From an uncultured Lachnospiraceae bacterium (GTDB lineage Bacteria > Bacillota > Clostridia > Lachnospirales > Lachnospiraceae): a DNA stretch of 64,000 nt. The position numbers and the translations under genes are program-made. The stretch is taken from the NCBI GenBank assembly GCA_902476265.1, contig CABSCP010000019.1:9934-73933 (forward strand). Direction: 5' to 3'. Below are positions 28,566 through 43,878 of the stretch, one piece after another. The stretch's first letter is position 1. Every line of letters starts with the position of its first letter. The notes under the pieces are model-generated. The model was not told the DNA's origin and searched no databases. It saw only the letters and a program-made list of their open reading frames with translations.

Positions 28566-28770
28566 GATAAAGGTCTTTTTAAGACCATGCCGAAGACAGC
28601 AGGTACCGGAGAACCGGTATAAGGATAAGCGCCTGCCGAGGAATGGAAAGTATTTGGATTCTGTTACCTCTCTGTCTTTGTGCAGAGAGGTTTTTTGATA
28701 CTTCTTTTTATTCGGCAAAAGAACCGCGACCGTGTGAACGGTTGCAAAGAATCTAAAAGGAGGTAAGAAA
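28566..28770 (+). promoter_or_regulatory. L10 (rplJ) leader with an internal intrinsic attenuator
   Basis: A 5' UTR of about 200 nt precedes rplJ. It contains several hairpins and a terminator (CCTCTCTG 28667-28674 / CAGAGAGG 28683-28690, then TTTTTT). This fits the L10-leader attenuation class known in Firmicutes. I could not run a covariance model. Confidence 0.6.
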
Positions 28771-29322
28771 ATGGCAAAAGTTGAACAGAAAACACCTGTT
28801 GTAGCGGAAATTTCCGAAGCAATCAAGGATGCGCAGTCTGTTGTCCTGGTTGACTACCGCGGACTGACAGTAGAGCAGGACACCGCGCTTCGCAAACAGC
28901 TTCGTGAAGCCGGAATCACCTACAAGGTGTACAAAAACACAATGATGAACTTTGCGTTCAAAGGAACAGATTTTGAGGCTCTGGCCCCTTATCTGGAAGG
29001 CCCCAGCGCAATCGCCGTTTCCACAACAGATGCAACAGCACCTGCCAGAGAACTGGCAAACTTCGCTAAGACAGCCGACAAACTTGAGATCAAGGGCGGC
29101 GTTGTAGAAGGCAATGCATATGATGCGGCAGGCATTATGGAAATCGCCAAGATTCCTGGAAGAGAAGCACTTATTTCCAGATTGCTTGGCAGCATGCAGT
29201 CCCCGATCACCAATATGGCCCGTGTTCTGAACCAGATCGCGGAAAAGGGCGGCGCAGCAAACTGCGAAGCTGCTCCGGCAGAAGAGGCAGCACCTGCAGA
29301 GGAAGCACCCGCTGCAGAATAA
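28771..29322 (+). CDS. rplJ: 50S ribosomal protein L10
   Basis: Position and sequence fit (VVLVDYRGLTVEQDTALRKQLREAG). It has an Ala/Glu-rich C-terminal extension. Confidence 0.93.
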   Translation: MAKVEQKTPVVAEISEAIKDAQSVVLVDYRGLTVEQDTALRKQLREAGITYKVYKNTMMNFAFKGTDFEALAPYLEGPSAIAVSTTDATAPARELANFAKTADKLEIKGGVVEGNAYDAAGIMEIAKIPGREALISRLLGSMQSPITNMARVLNQIAEKGGAANCEAAPAEEAAPAEEAPAAE

Positions 29323-29438
29323 TCCCTACGGTTCACGTTGTGACAGGTAAGGAATGCACATCTTACACGAAGTGAAGATGCGGCCGTATGAAGTGCGGCA
29401 TCAAACAAACATAACATTATAAACGGAGGTAAATAAAA

Positions 29439-29813
29439 ATGGCAAAATTAACAGCTCAGGAATTTATTGATGCTATCAAAGAAATGACAGTATTAGAGTT
29501 AAATGATCTCGTAAAGGCTTGCGAAGAAGAATTCGGTGTATCCGCAGCAGCAGGCGTTGTAGTTGCAGCAGCAGGCGGCGAAGCAGCAGCAGCTGAAGAA
29601 AAGACAGAGTGGAATGTAGAACTGACAGAAGTTGGCCCTAACAAAGTTAAGGTTATCAAAGTCGTTCGTGAAGTAACCGGTCTGGGTCTGAAAGAAGCGA
29701 AGGACGTTGTTGACGGCGCTCCCAAGGTTCTCAAAGAAGGCGTTTCCAAGGAAGAAGCTGAAGATGTTCAGAAGAAACTGGAAGCTGAAGGCGCTAAGGT
29801 TACTCTTAAATAA
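29439..29813 (+). CDS. rplL: 50S ribosomal protein L7/L12
   Basis: Ala-rich hinge plus the C-terminal [24 protein letters not shown] motif. Confidence 0.95.
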   Translation: MAKLTAQEFIDAIKEMTVLELNDLVKACEEEFGVSAAAGVVVAAAGGEAAAAEEKTEWNVELTEVGPNKVKVIKVVREVTGLGLKEAKDVVDGAPKVLKEGVSKEEAEDVQKKLEAEGAKVTLK

Positions 29814-29838
29814 TCAGCCATTTTCTTACAAAGATAAG

Positions 29839-29867
29839 GCGTCCGCTTTTTGCGGGCGCTTTTTTTT
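29839..29867 (+). terminator. Terminator/attenuator between rplL and rpoB
   Basis: Stem GCGTCCGC / GCGGGCGC with one G-T pair, followed by eight Ts. Confidence 0.7.
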
Positions 29868-29889
29868 GAGGTAAAACAAAAAGTTTTTA

Positions 29890-29918
29890 TTGACTTCAAT
29901 CTCGTTTTATGCTAGATT
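29890..29918 (+). promoter_or_regulatory. Promoter upstream of rpoBC
   Basis: TTGACT (29890-29895), 17-nt spacer ending in TGC, then TAGATT (29913-29918). Confidence 0.5.
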
Positions 29919-30016
29919 GTAAGGTGCACTATTGTGTTAGAGTATGCCATTTTGTAAGTGTAATACCGAATAGTAATAGTCAAAGAAATCAATCATAAGA
30001 ACGGGGTGAAGTGTCA

Positions 30017-33871
<3,855 letters not shown>

Positions 33872-33903
33872 GCCGAACCGATTATTTGTAAAGGAGTGCC
33901 AAG

Positions 33904-36900
33904 ATGTCTGAAACAAAGAACGAAGTTTATCAGCCGATGACGTTTGATGCCATCAAGATCGGATTAGCATCACCGGAGAAGATTCGTGAATGGTCCAGAG
34001 GTGAAGTTTTAAAGCCTGAGACAATCAACTACAGAACGTTAAAGCCGGAACGCGATGGCCTGTTCTGCGAGCGGATTTTCGGACCCAGCAAAGACTGGGA
34101 GTGCCATTGCGGCAAATATAAAAAGATTAGATACAAAGGCGTGGTCTGCGACCGATGCGGCGTTGAAGTCACAAAAGCCAGTGTGCGCCGGGAACGTATG
34201 GGACATATCGAACTGGCAGCGCCGGTTTCCCATATCTGGTATTTTAAAGGTATCCCCAGCCGTATGGGACTGATCCTGGATCTGTCCCCCAGGGTGCTGG
34301 AGAAAGTGCTTTATTTCGCTTCCTATATTGTACTGGACAAAGGAGAGACAAACCTGGAATATAAGCAGGTGCTTTCCGAGAAGGAATATCAGGATGCCAG
34401 GGAAACCTGGGGCAACCGTTTCCGCGTAGGCATGGGTGCTGAAGCAATCAAAGAGTTGCTGCAGGCCATTGATCTGGAAACCGAAGCCGTAGAACTGAAA
34501 AATGAACTGGAAGATGCCAGCGGACAGAAGCGCGCGAGAATCATCAAGCGCCTGGAAGTGGTGGAAGCGTTCCGGGAATCCGGCAACAGACCGGAATGGA
34601 TGATCATGGATGCGGTTCCGGTAATCCCTCCGGATCTGCGCCCTATGGTACAGCTGGACGGCGGCCGTTTTGCCACCTCCGACTTAAATGACCTGTACAG
34701 AAGGATCATCAACCGCAACAACCGTCTGAAGAGGCTGCTGGAACTGGGCGCGCCGGACATCATCGTCCGCAACGAGAAGAGAATGCTCCAGGAGGCTGTG
34801 GACGCCCTGATCGATAACGGCAGAAGAGGCCGTCCGGTAACGGGTCCCGGCAACCGTGCGTTAAAATCCCTTTCCGATATGCTGAAAGGTAAATCCGGCC
34901 GTTTCCGTCAGAACCTGCTGGGCAAGCGTGTTGACTATTCCGGCCGTTCCGTTATCGTGGTCGGGCCCGAACTGAAAATTTATCAGTGCGGCCTGCCCAA
35001 GGAAATGGCGATCGAGCTGTTTAAACCTTTTGTAATGAAAGAACTGGTGGCAAGGGGCATTTCCCAGAACATCAAGAATGCGAAAAAGCTTGTGGAAAGA
35101 CTGGATACGCAGGTATGGGATGTGCTGGAAGATGTCATCAAGGAGCATCCGGTTATGTTAAACCGTGCCCCTACCCTGCACAGACTGGGAATTCAGGCTT
35201 TCGAGCCCATCCTGGTGGAAGGTAAGGCGATCAAACTGCATCCCCTCGTATGTACGGCGTTTAACGCTGACTTCGACGGTGACCAGATGGCCGTGCATCT
35301 TCCTCTTTCCCAGGAAGCTCAGGCAGAATGCCGCTTTATGCTGCTTTCTCCCAACAACCTGCTGAAACCTTCGGACGGCGGCCCTGTGGCAGTGCCTTCC
35401 CAGGATATGGTATTGGGCATTTATTATCTGACCCAGGAAAGACCCGGCGCACTCGGCGAAGGCAAAGCCTTCAAGAGCGTCAACGAAGCGATTCTGGCAT
35501 ATGAGAACAAAGCCTGCACCCTGCATTCCCGCATCAAGGTGAGAATGACCAAGTTAAACGCGCAGGGCGAAGAGGTTTCCGGCATCGTGGAATCCACACT
35601 GGGTCGTTTCATCTTCAATGAAATCCTGCCCCAGGATTTGGGATATGTGGACAGAAGCAATCCGGAAGAGTTCATGAAACTGGAAGTGGACTTCCACGTA
35701 GGCAAGAAGCAGTTAAAACAGATTCTTGAAAGAGTAATCAATACCCATGGCGCATCCATCACTGCAGAAGTGCTGGACGATGTCAAGGCGATCGGCTATA
35801 AATACTCCACCAAGGCAGCCATGACGGTTTCCATTTCCGATATGACGGTGCCCGCTCAGAAGGCGGAGATGCTGGAGCAGGCGCAGGAGACGGTTGATAA
35901 GATCAGTAAGAACTTCCGCCGCGGCCTGATCACAGAAGAAGAACGTTACCGCGCCGTTGTGGAAACCTGGCAGGAAACGGATAAAGAGCTGACGGATGTG
36001 CTGCTCAAAGGCCTGGATAAATACAATAACATTTTCATGATGGCCGACTCCGGCGCCCGTGGTTCCAACCAGCAGATCAAACAGCTGGCCGGCATGCGCG
36101 GACTGATGGCGGATACGACGGGCCGTACCATCGAACTGCCCATCAAGTCCAACTTCCGTGAAGGTCTGGACGTACTGGAGTACTTCATGTCCGCTCACGG
36201 CGCCCGGAAAGGTATGTCCGATACCGCGCTGCGTACCGCAGACTCCGGTTATCTGACACGTCGAATGGTTGACGTGTCCCAGGAACTGATCATCCGTGAA
36301 ATTGACTGTGCGGAAGGAAAAGACAAGATTCCCGGCATGTCTGTAAAAGCGTTTATGGACGGTAAAGAAACCATTGAAGGCTTAAAAGACAGAATTACAG
36401 GGAGATATTCCTGTGAGGACATTTATGATAAGGACGGCAAATTGATTGTCGGCACAAACCATATGATCACCCCCAGCCGTGCAAAACGGATTATGGAAAC
36501 CGGTGTGAACAAAAAAGGCGAGCCGATTGAAGAGGTGAAAATCCGTACGATTCTGACCTGCCGTTCCAAGAGCGGTATCTGTGCGAAATGCTACGGCGCC
36601 AACATGGCTACCGGCGAAGCGGTGCAGGTGGGAGAAGCGGTCGGCATCATCGCCGCACAGTCCATCGGGGAACCCGGTACCCAGCTGACCATGCGTACTT
36701 TCCACTCCGGCGGTGTTGCCGGTGACGATATCACACAGGGTCTTCCCCGTGTCGAGGAGCTTTTTGAGGCGAGAAAACCCAAGGGTCTTGCCATCATCGC
36801 CGAGTTCGGCGGTACAGCTGTGATCAAAGATACCAAGAAAAAACGGGAAATCATTGTGACGGATGAAGAAACCAAAGAGAGTAAGACTTACCTGATTCCT

Positions 36901-37695
36901 TACGGATCCAGAATCAAGATTGTGGACGGCCAGCAGCTGGAAGCAGGCGACGAATTGACGGAAGGTTCTGTCAACCCTCACGATCTGTTAAAGATCAAGG
37001 GAATCCGTGCGGTACAGGATTACATGCTCCGTGAAGTACAGCGTGTATACCGTCTGCAGGGTGTTGATATTTCCGATAAGCATATCGAGGTGATCGTTCG
37101 TCAGATGTTAAAGAAGATCCGCATTGAGACCAGCGGAGATACGGATTTCCTGCCCGGCACCATGGTGGATGTCCTGGATTATGAGGATCTCAATGAAGAA
37201 CTGTTTGCGGAGGGCAAGCAGCCCGCGGAAGGCAAACAGGTGATGCTGGGTATTACAAAAGCGGCCCTGGCTACCAATTCCTTCCTGTCGGCGGCATCCT
37301 TCCAGGAAACCACAAAAGTTCTGACCGAAGCCGCGATTAAGGGCAAAGTCGATCCCCTGATCGGTTTGAAAGAAAATGTCATCATCGGTAAGCTGATTCC
37401 TGCCGGAACGGGTATGAGCCGCTACCGTGATGTGAAGCTGAATACGGACGCGATCATTGCGGCAGAGGAAGCCGAACGGGCGGTCAGAGCGGAAGAAGAA
37501 GCGAGGGCTGCCATGGAAGCGGAAAAAGCTGCGAAGGCTGCGGAAGAGGAAGCGGAAGAAGAACTGCTGGAGGAATCCGATGAAGATATCCTGGACGATG
37601 AAATTTTAGCCGACGAGGATATTGAGGATGAACTGGATGAAGAGGCCGAAGAGTTTGAAGAAGAGGAATTGGAAACAAGCGATTTGACCGAATAA
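33904..37695 (+). CDS. rpoC: DNA-directed RNA polymerase beta' subunit
   Basis: Zn finger [23 protein letters not shown] and catalytic [12 protein letters not shown]. It has a C-terminal Ala/Glu/Asp-rich tail of about 80 aa. Confidence 0.96.
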   Translation: MSETKNEVYQPMTFDAIKIGLASPEKIREWSRGEVLKPETINYRTLKPERDGLFCERIFGPSKDWECHCGKYKKIRYKGVVCDRCGVEVTKASVRRERMGHIELAAPVSHIWYFKGIPSRMGLILDLSPRVLEKVLYFASYIVLDKGETNLEYKQVLSEKEYQDARETWGNRFRVGMGAEAIKELLQAIDLETEAVELKNELEDASGQKRARIIKRLEVVEAFRESGNRPEWMIMDAVPVIPPDLRPMVQLDGGRFATSDLNDLYRRIINRNNRLKRLLELGAPDIIVRNEKRMLQEAVDALIDNGRRGRPVTGPGNRALKSLSDMLKGKSGRFRQNLLGKRVDYSGRSVIVVGPELKIYQCGLPKEMAIELFKPFVMKELVARGISQNIKNAKKLVERLDTQVWDVLEDVIKEHPVMLNRAPTLHRLGIQAFEPILVEGKAIKLHPLVCTAFNADFDGDQMAVHLPLSQEAQAECRFMLLSPNNLLKPSDGGPVAVPSQDMVLGIYYLTQERPGALGEGKAFKSVNEAILAYENKACTLHSRIKVRMTKLNAQGEEVSGIVESTLGRFIFNEILPQDLGYVDRSNPEEFMKLEVDFHVGKKQLKQILERVINTHGASITAEVLDDVKAIGYKYSTKAAMTVSISDMTVPAQKAEMLEQAQETVDKISKNFRRGLITEEERYRAVVETWQETDKELTDVLLKGLDKYNNIFMMADSGARGSNQQIKQLAGMRGLMADTTGRTIELPIKSNFREGLDVLEYFMSAHGARKGMSDTALRTADSGYLTRRMVDVSQELIIREIDCAEGKDKIPGMSVKAFMDGKETIEGLKDRITGRYSCEDIYDKDGKLIVGTNHMITPSRAKRIMETGVNKKGEPIEEVKIRTILTCRSKSGICAKCYGANMATGEAVQVGEAVGIIAAQSIGEPGTQLTMRTFHSGGVAGDDITQGLPRVEELFEARKPKGLAIIAEFGGTAVIKDTKKKREIIVTDEETKESKTYLIPYGSRIKIVDGQQLEAGDELTEGSVNPHDLLKIKGIRAVQDYMLREVQRVYRLQGVDISDKHIEVIVRQMLKKIRIETSGDTDFLPGTMVDVLDYEDLNEELFAEGKQPAEGKQVMLGITKAALATNSFLSAASFQETTKVLTEAAIKGKVDPLIGLKENVIIGKLIPAGTGMSRYRDVKLNTDAIIAAEEAERAVRAEEEARAAMEAEKAAKAAEEEAEEELLEESDEDILDDEILADEDIEDELDEEAEEFEEEELETSDLTE

Positions 37696-37711
37696 TTTTT
37701 CCAAAAAGCTA

Positions 37712-37740
37712 TTGACAAGACATTCGGAAGCACGTATACT
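37712..37740 (+). promoter_or_regulatory. Promoter of the str operon (rpsL-rpsG-fusA-tuf)
   Basis: TTGACA (37712-37717), 17-nt spacer, TATACT (37735-37740). Confidence 0.6.
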
Positions 37741-37886
37741 GTTATAGCGTGCATCCGGGTGTCTTTTTCTGTATAAGCGTACAGGAAATGCGCGCCTGCA
37801 CCGATTCAGGTGTTTTTGGATGTATAAGACTGGCATTTCAGTCAAAAATAGGAACAAGAGACGAAAATCGCAGGAGGTGAAACAGA

Positions 37887-38312
37887 ATGCCAACATTTAA
37901 CCAGTTAGTAAGAAAAGGACGTCAGACATCTGTAAAGAAGTCTACAGCACCGGCTCTGCAGAAGGGTTACAATTCCCTTCACAAGAAAGCAACCGATACC
38001 TCTTCTCCTCAGAAGAGAGGCGTGTGCACAGCTGTTAAGACAGCGACTCCTAAAAAGCCTAACTCCGCTCTTAGAAAGATCGCCAGAGTACGTCTTTCCA
38101 ACGGAATCGAAGTGACAAGCTACATTCCCGGTGAAGGACACAATCTGCAGGAGCACTCCGTTGTGCTGATCAGAGGCGGCCGTGTGAAAGACTTACCTGG
38201 TACAAGATACCACATCATCAGAGGTACCCTTGATACTGCAGGCGTTGCAAACAGACGTCAGGCAAGATCTAAATATGGCGCTAAGAGACCGAAAGACGCT
38301 AAGAAGAAATAA
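37887..38312 (+). CDS. rpsL: 30S ribosomal protein S12
   Basis: [12 protein letters not shown]...[10 protein letters not shown] motif. Confidence 0.96.
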   Translation: MPTFNQLVRKGRQTSVKKSTAPALQKGYNSLHKKATDTSSPQKRGVCTAVKTATPKKPNSALRKIARVRLSNGIEVTSYIPGEGHNLQEHSVVLIRGGRVKDLPGTRYHIIRGTLDTAGVANRRQARSKYGAKRPKDAKKK

Positions 38313-38491
38313 TTCGTTATTTTTATTAGCGGTCTGAAGCTGGAAGTACCACAAACGTAAACTAATTGAGTGTTGGGATTCTGCTGCAGGGAATACCTGC
38401 AGACATGCGAACAGATAGACCGCACGAACACATTAGAGGACACATGTGAGTACCGATGAATTAATTGATTATAATTAAGGAGGGAAGAACC

Positions 38492-38962
38492 GTGCCACGT
38501 AAAGGACATATTCAGAAAAGAGATGTATTGGCAGATCCTTTATACAATGACAAGGTGGTAACCAAGCTTATCAATAACATCATGTTAGACGGTAAGAAGG
38601 GTGTTGCCCAGAAGATTGTATATGGTGCATTTGCCAGAGTAGAGGAAAAGGCTGGTAAGCCTGCACTCGAAGTATTTGAAGAAGCGATGAATAACATCAT
38701 GCCTGTTCTGGAAGTAAAGGCGAGACGTATCGGTGGTGCTACCTATCAGGTACCGATCGAAGTAAGAGCAGACAGACGTCAGGCTTTAGGACTTCGCTGG
38801 TTGACCATGTTTGCCCGCAAGAGAGGCGAAAAGACCATGGAAGAAAGACTTGCGAATGAAATCCTTGATGCATCCAATAACACCGGTGCATCCGTTAAGA
38901 GGAAAGAAGACGTTCATAAGATGGCTGAAGCGAATAAGGCGTTCTCTCATTACAGATTCTAA
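38492..38962 (+). CDS. rpsG: 30S ribosomal protein S7
   Basis: GTG start 38492 lies 7 nt after AAGGAGGGAAG. It gives [19 protein letters not shown], the canonical S7 N-terminus. Confidence 0.94.
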   Translation: MPRKGHIQKRDVLADPLYNDKVVTKLINNIMLDGKKGVAQKIVYGAFARVEEKAGKPALEVFEEAMNNIMPVLEVKARRIGGATYQVPIEVRADRRQALGLRWLTMFARKRGEKTMEERLANEILDASNNTGASVKRKEDVHKMAEANKAFSHYRF

Positions 38963-39020
38963 TCGGATCTGTAATGACAGAAAACCAGTTTTTGGCTGAT
39001 TAAAATAGGAGGAAAGACCT

Positions 39021-41138
39021 TTGGCTGGAAGAGAATATCCCTTAGAGAGAACCAGAAACATCGGTATTATGGCGCACATCGATGCTGGTAAAACTACCAC
39101 CACCGAGCGTATTCTTTATTATACCGGTGTTAACTATAAGATTGGTGATACTCATGAAGGAACTGCAACCATGGACTGGATGGAACAGGAGCAGGAGAGA
39201 GGTATTACCATCACTTCTGCAGCTACCACATGTCACTGGACTCTGCAGGAAAATTGCAAGCCGAAGCCGGGCGCACTGGAGCACCGTATCAATATCATTG
39301 ATACACCCGGACACGTTGACTTCACTGTTGAAGTTGAGCGTTCCCTGCGCGTGCTGGACGGTGCGGTAGGCGTGTTCTGCGCAAAGGGCGGTGTAGAGCC
39401 TCAGTCTGAGAACGTATGGCGTCAGGCTGATACCTACAATGTACCCCGTATGGCGTTCATCAACAAAATGGACATCATGGGCGCAAACTTCTACGGCGCA
39501 GTAGAACAGATTAAAAACAGACTGGGCAAAAATGCGATCTGCATTCAGCTGCCCATCGGTAAGGAAGATGAGTTTAAGGGAATCATCGACCTGTTTGAAA
39601 TGAAAGCCTACATCTATAATGATGATAAGGGTGATGACATTTCTGTAATTGATATCCCTGAAGATATGAAGGATGATGCTGAATTGTATCACTCCGAGCT
39701 GGTGGAGAAGATCTGCGAGCTGGATGATGATCTGATGATGGCATATCTGGAGGGTGAAGAACCCACAACCGAGCAGTTAAAAGCAGCGCTGAGAAAAGGA
39801 ACCTGTGAATGTACGGCTGTTCCCGTATGCTGCGGTACCGCTTACAGAAACAAGGGCGTACAGAAGCTCCTGGATGCAGTTGTAGAGTTCATGCCTTCTC
39901 CGCTCGACATCCCTTCCATTAAGGGTGTTGACCTGGACGGCAATGAAGTGGAGAGACATTCTTCCGATGACGAACCTTTCGCAGCTCTCGCATTCAAGAT
40001 CATGACAGACCCCTTCGTTGGTAAGCTGGCTTACTTCCGTGTATACTCCGGCGGCTTAAACTCCGGTTCTTATATCCTGAATGCAACCAAGGGCAAGAAG
40101 GAACGTGTAGGACGTATTCTGCAGATGCATGCGAATAAGCGGATGGAACTGGAAAGAGTTTACGCCGGCGATATCGCTGCAGCAGTAGGTTTTAAATTCA
40201 CGACGACAGGTGATACCATCTGTGACGAACAGCATCCGGTTATTCTGGAATCCATGGAGTTCCCTGAACCCGTTATTGAGCTCGCAATCGAGCCCAAGAC
40301 AAAAGCAGGTCAGGACAAGATGGGCGTTGCGCTCGCAAAACTGGCAGAAGAAGATCCGACCTTCCGTGCTCATACCGATCAGGAGACAGGTCAGACCATC
40401 ATCGCCGGAATGGGTGAGCTGCATCTGGAGATCATCGTAGACCGTCTGCTCCGTGAGTTCAAGGTGGAAGCAAACGTAGGCGCTCCTCAGGTTGCTTACA
40501 AAGAAACCTTCACCAAGCCTGTGGATGTGGACAGCAAATATGCGAAACAGTCCGGCGGCCGTGGTCAGTATGGTCACTGTAAAGTTAAATTCGAGCCTAT
40601 GGATCCCAACGGCGAAGAAACATTCAAGTTCGAATCCACCGTTGTGGGCGGCGCTATTCCGAAGGAATATATCCCCGCAGTCGGCGAAGGTATCGAAGAA
40701 GCGACAAAGGCCGGTATCCTGGGCGGATTCCCTGTACTGGGCGTTCACGCGAATGTATACGACGGTTCTTACCATGAAGTAGACTCCTCCGAAATGGCGT
40801 TCCATATCGCCGGCTCTCTGGCATTCAAAGATGCTATGGCAAAGGCGAACCCGGTACTGCTTGAGCCTATCATGAAGGTTGAAGTTACCATGCCGGAAGA
40901 ATATATGGGCGATGTTATCGGTGATATCAACTCCCGCCGCGGACGTATCGAAGGTATGGATGATATCGGCGGAGGCAAGATGGTAAGAGCGTATGTACCG
41001 CTTGCTGAGATGTTCGGTTACTCCACAGATTTACGTTCCAGAACACAGGGCCGCGGTAACTACTCCATGTTCTTCGAAAAATACGAACAGGTACCGAAGA
41101 GCGTTCAGGAGAAGGTTCTCGCTGCAAAAGCAAAATAA
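39021..41138 (+). CDS. fusA: Elongation factor G
   Basis: TTG start 39021 lies 8 nt after AGGAGG. Contains [14 protein letters not shown] and DTPGHVDF. Confidence 0.95.
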   Translation: MAGREYPLERTRNIGIMAHIDAGKTTTTERILYYTGVNYKIGDTHEGTATMDWMEQEQERGITITSAATTCHWTLQENCKPKPGALEHRINIIDTPGHVDFTVEVERSLRVLDGAVGVFCAKGGVEPQSENVWRQADTYNVPRMAFINKMDIMGANFYGAVEQIKNRLGKNAICIQLPIGKEDEFKGIIDLFEMKAYIYNDDKGDDISVIDIPEDMKDDAELYHSELVEKICELDDDLMMAYLEGEEPTTEQLKAALRKGTCECTAVPVCCGTAYRNKGVQKLLDAVVEFMPSPLDIPSIKGVDLDGNEVERHSSDDEPFAALAFKIMTDPFVGKLAYFRVYSGGLNSGSYILNATKGKKERVGRILQMHANKRMELERVYAGDIAAAVGFKFTTTGDTICDEQHPVILESMEFPEPVIELAIEPKTKAGQDKMGVALAKLAEEDPTFRAHTDQETGQTIIAGMGELHLEIIVDRLLREFKVEANVGAPQVAYKETFTKPVDVDSKYAKQSGGRGQYGHCKVKFEPMDPNGEETFKFESTVVGGAIPKEYIPAVGEGIEEATKAGILGGFPVLGVHANVYDGSYHEVDSSEMAFHIAGSLAFKDAMAKANPVLLEPIMKVEVTMPEEYMGDVIGDINSRRGRIEGMDDIGGGKMVRAYVPLAEMFGYSTDLRSRTQGRGNYSMFFEKYEQVPKSVQEKVLAAKAK

Positions 41139-41247
41139 TTTGACCGTAAATTAATACTTGAAAATACAGCTATTATCGAATATAATCAGTAATAGCTGAT
41201 TAATCAAAAAACTATTAAATCACTGATTTAAGGAGGATTATGTAAAA

Positions 41248-42435
41248 ATGGGTAAAGCTAAATTTGAAAGATCCAAACCGCATTGTAACATCGGTACCAT
41301 TGGCCACGTTGACCATGGTAAAACAACTCTGACAGCTGCTATCACAAAGACTCTTCATGAGAGACTGGGCACCGGCGAAGCTGTTGCTTTCGAAAACATC
41401 GATAAGGCTCCTGAAGAAAGAGAACGTGGTATCACCATCTCCACAGCTCACGTTGAGTATGAGACAGAGAAGAGACACTACGCTCACGTTGACTGCCCTG
41501 GACATGCTGACTACGTTAAGAACATGATCACAGGTGCTGCTCAGATGGACGGCGCTATCCTGGTTGTTGCTGCAACTGATGGTGTTATGGCTCAGACAAA
41601 AGAGCACATCCTGCTGTCCCGTCAGGTAGGCGTTCCTTACATCGTTGTATTCCTGAACAAATGCGATATGGTTGACGACGAAGAACTGCTCGAGCTGGTT
41701 GAAATGGAAGTTACCGAACAGCTGGAAGAGTATGAGTTCACAGATTGCCCGATCATCAGAGGTTCCGCTCTGAAAGCTCTGGAAGATCCTCAGAGCGAAT
41801 GGGGCGACAAGATCCTTGAACTGATGAGCACAGTTGACGAATATATTCCGGATCCTCAGCGTGACACAGATAAGCCTTTCCTGATGCCTGTAGAAGACGT
41901 ATTCACAATTACCGGCCGTGGTACAGTTGCTACCGGTAGAGTAGAAAGAGGTACTCTGCACCTGAACGAAGAAGTTGAAATCGTTGGTATCAAAGAAGAG
42001 ACCAAGAAGACTGTTGTAACCGGTATCGAAATGTTCCGTAAAATGCTGGATGAGGCTCAGGCTGGTGATAACATCGGCGCTCTGCTTCGTGGCGTTCAGA
42101 GAACCGAAATCGAAAGAGGACAGGTTCTTGCAAAACCCGGTTCCGTTACCTGCCATCACAAATTTACCGCTCAGGTATACGTTCTGACAAAGGACGAAGG
42201 CGGCCGTCATACACCTTTCTTCAACAACTACAGACCTCAGTTCTACTTCCGTACAACTGACGTTACAGGTGTCTGCAACCTTCCTGAAGGCGTAGAAATG
42301 TGCATGCCTGGCGATAACGTAGAAATGACCATCGAACTGATCCATCCCGTAGCTATGGAGCAGGGTCTTACTTTCGCTATCCGTGAAGGTGGCCGTACAG
42401 TTGGTTCCGGCCGTGTTGCTACCATCATCGAGTAA
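41248..42435 (+). CDS. tuf: Elongation factor Tu
   Basis: [18 protein letters not shown] and NKCD motifs. Confidence 0.97.
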   Translation: MGKAKFERSKPHCNIGTIGHVDHGKTTLTAAITKTLHERLGTGEAVAFENIDKAPEERERGITISTAHVEYETEKRHYAHVDCPGHADYVKNMITGAAQMDGAILVVAATDGVMAQTKEHILLSRQVGVPYIVVFLNKCDMVDDEELLELVEMEVTEQLEEYEFTDCPIIRGSALKALEDPQSEWGDKILELMSTVDEYIPDPQRDTDKPFLMPVEDVFTITGRGTVATGRVERGTLHLNEEVEIVGIKEETKKTVVTGIEMFRKMLDEAQAGDNIGALLRGVQRTEIERGQVLAKPGSVTCHHKFTAQVYVLTKDEGGRHTPFFNNYRPQFYFRTTDVTGVCNLPEGVEMCMPGDNVEMTIELIHPVAMEQGLTFAIREGGRTVGSGRVATIIE

Positions 42436-42469
42436 TTAATATTACTGTTTTGTGTCCAAGCATAAGATT

Positions 42470-42503
42470 GCCCCTGAAACCTTGCGGTTTCAGGGGCTTT
42501 TCT
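42470..42503 (+). terminator. Strong intrinsic terminator after tuf
   Basis: 12-bp stem GCCCCTGAAACC / GGTTTCAGGGGC, 4-nt loop, then CTTTTCT. Confidence 0.85.
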
Positions 42504-42540
42504 ATTGTTCAACATAAAGAACAGAACGATAAGTGAGCAG

Positions 42541-42576
42541 AAAAAAGCCGCATCAGCGATTATCTGCTGATGCGGC
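42541..42576 (-). terminator. Intrinsic terminator after the HD-domain gene
   Basis: Stem GCCGCATCAGC / GCTGATGCGGC. An A run at 42541-42546 gives a T run on the minus-strand transcript. Confidence 0.8.
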
Positions 42577-42609
42577 GAGTTCCTATCGTACAAAATATTG
42601 TTTAAAATC

Positions 42610-43110
42610 TCAGGCATAACTCACAATCACACGGTTTTTTCTGGAAAGTGCAATCCTGAACCGGCAGAATTCTGTAATGGCACAGAGTTTATCGGCACAG
42701 GAGATCACCCATGCCTCGCGGCTTCTGGGCAAAGGTCCAAGGGGGAACATGTGTGAAAGTATCGCCTGTCTTTCCTTGTCGTAAAGAGCGAAATGCTCCT
42801 CACTTGTATACGCTGCTACCTTTGGATGATAAAAGGCCTGCACCTGTCCTTTCGGCAGTTTATCCTTAAAGTCATAGACACAAAAATCATGAAGTAAACC
42901 GGCCCGTGCTGCAACGCTGGAATCCCAGCCGAATTTTCTGGCGATGAGCCAGGAAATATAAGAAACATTTAAACTGTGCATAAACCGTGTTGTCTGATAA
43001 TGCTGCTTATATCGATGAAGCTTCTTAAATTCGGAGTTATCCAGTATGCTTTGCACGAGGGCCAGAAAATCGGCGCTGATATCATCCGCTACTGTTATAT
43101 CCATCGGCAA
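42610..43110 (-). CDS. HD-domain phosphohydrolase-like protein
   Basis: H...HD...D pattern (RFMHSLNVS, GLLHDF, SCADKL). The start is either TTG 43110 or ATG 43104. Confidence 0.7.
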   Translation of the reverse strand: MPMDITVADDISADFLALVQSILDNSEFKKLHRYKQHYQTTRFMHSLNVSYISWLIARKFGWDSSVAARAGLLHDFCVYDFKDKLPKGQVQAFYHPKVAAYTSEEHFALYDKERQAILSHMFPLGPLPRSREAWVISCADKLCAITEFCRFRIALSRKNRVIVSYA

Positions 43111-43276
43111 TCACATCCTTTCTTCCGGCGGAAGCCGACACTATCTGTCCGACGGCTATCGCCTTTCTAATTCCAGTATAACGCAATAATTTACAAAATC
43201 AAGAGGAAATGAATGGAGGATTTTTAAACAGATATAGAAGCCGGAAGAAGGAACCCCGGAATCAGAAGAAAATGAA

Positions 43277-43334
43277 AAGGAAAAGGACTGGACGGAATCG
43301 CTGATTATGCAGCATTCCTGTCGCAGTCCTTTTT
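43277..43334 (-). terminator. Hairpin after nrdG (probable terminator)
   Basis: The outer stem AAGGACTG / CAGTCCTT encloses a second imperfect stem. A T-rich tract follows on the minus strand. Confidence 0.45.
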
Positions 43335-43335
43335 G

Positions 43336-43878
43336 TCAGACCCGTCCTTTTTCACATTGCAGCTTCCAAAGAATGATTTCGCCTTTGACCAGGGTTTCCT
43401 TTACATCGATAATCCTCTGATTTTCGGAGCCGCGGAAGGGGAGGCTGATGTTTTTTAAAGCGTCCACAAATTCGCCGTCAACCAGGACATCCAGCAGGGA
43501 GAGCATTTCATCGGTGCACTCACATCTGGCCCGGCTGTCTGTCAGAAGTTCCTGATCCAGCAGATATCCGGAATAGCACCAGATTGTTTTTGCGGGAAAA
43601 CGGCTTCGCACCTCTTTCAGAAAAGGGAGCAGCGCGCGCTGGTTGTCCGGTTCAAAGGGTTCCCCTCCCAGAAGGGAGAGGCCGTTAATATAATCCGGCG
43701 CCAGGGCTTCCAGGATTTCGGCTTTGGCAGCATCATCAAAAGGCTTTCCGAAAGAAAAATTCCAGGTTTCCGGATTGAAGCAGTTTTTACAATGGTGGGT
43801 ACAGCCGGAGACGAAGAGGGAAACCCTCACGCCTTCGCCGTTTGCAATATCACATTTTTTGATTTCTCCGTAGTTCAT
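43336..43878 (-). CDS. nrdG: Anaerobic ribonucleoside-triphosphate reductase activating protein (radical SAM)
   Basis: CTHHCKNC radical-SAM cluster motif. Its ATG overlaps the nrdD stop (TAATG). Confidence 0.9.
   Translation of the reverse strand: MNYGEIKKCDIANGEGVRVSLFVSGCTHHCKNCFNPETWNFSFGKPFDDAAKAEILEALAPDYINGLSLLGGEPFEPDNQRALLPFLKEVRSRFPAKTIWCYSGYLLDQELLTDSRARCECTDEMLSLLDVLVDGEFVDALKNISLPFRGSENQRIIDVKETLVKGEIILWKLQCEKGRV

Noticed and set aside
41215-42345. 376-aa ORF antisense to tuf. Similar long antisense ORFs lie at 1437-2555, 9525-10925, 12638-13606, 30734-31867, 32405-33196, 40056-40805 and 48214-49095.
   Set aside because: Each is a mirror of a highly conserved or clearly motif-bearing gene on the other strand. 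None has recognisable motifs or start signals.
43209-43304. 31-aa extremely basic peptide ORF (MNGGFLNRYRSRKKEPRNQKKMKRKRTGRNR) between the HD gene and nrdG.
   Set aside because: The only SD-like element (AGAGGA) sits about 2 nt from the ATG. The ORF runs through the nrdG terminator hairpin, and the purine-rich sequence explains the Lys/Arg content.
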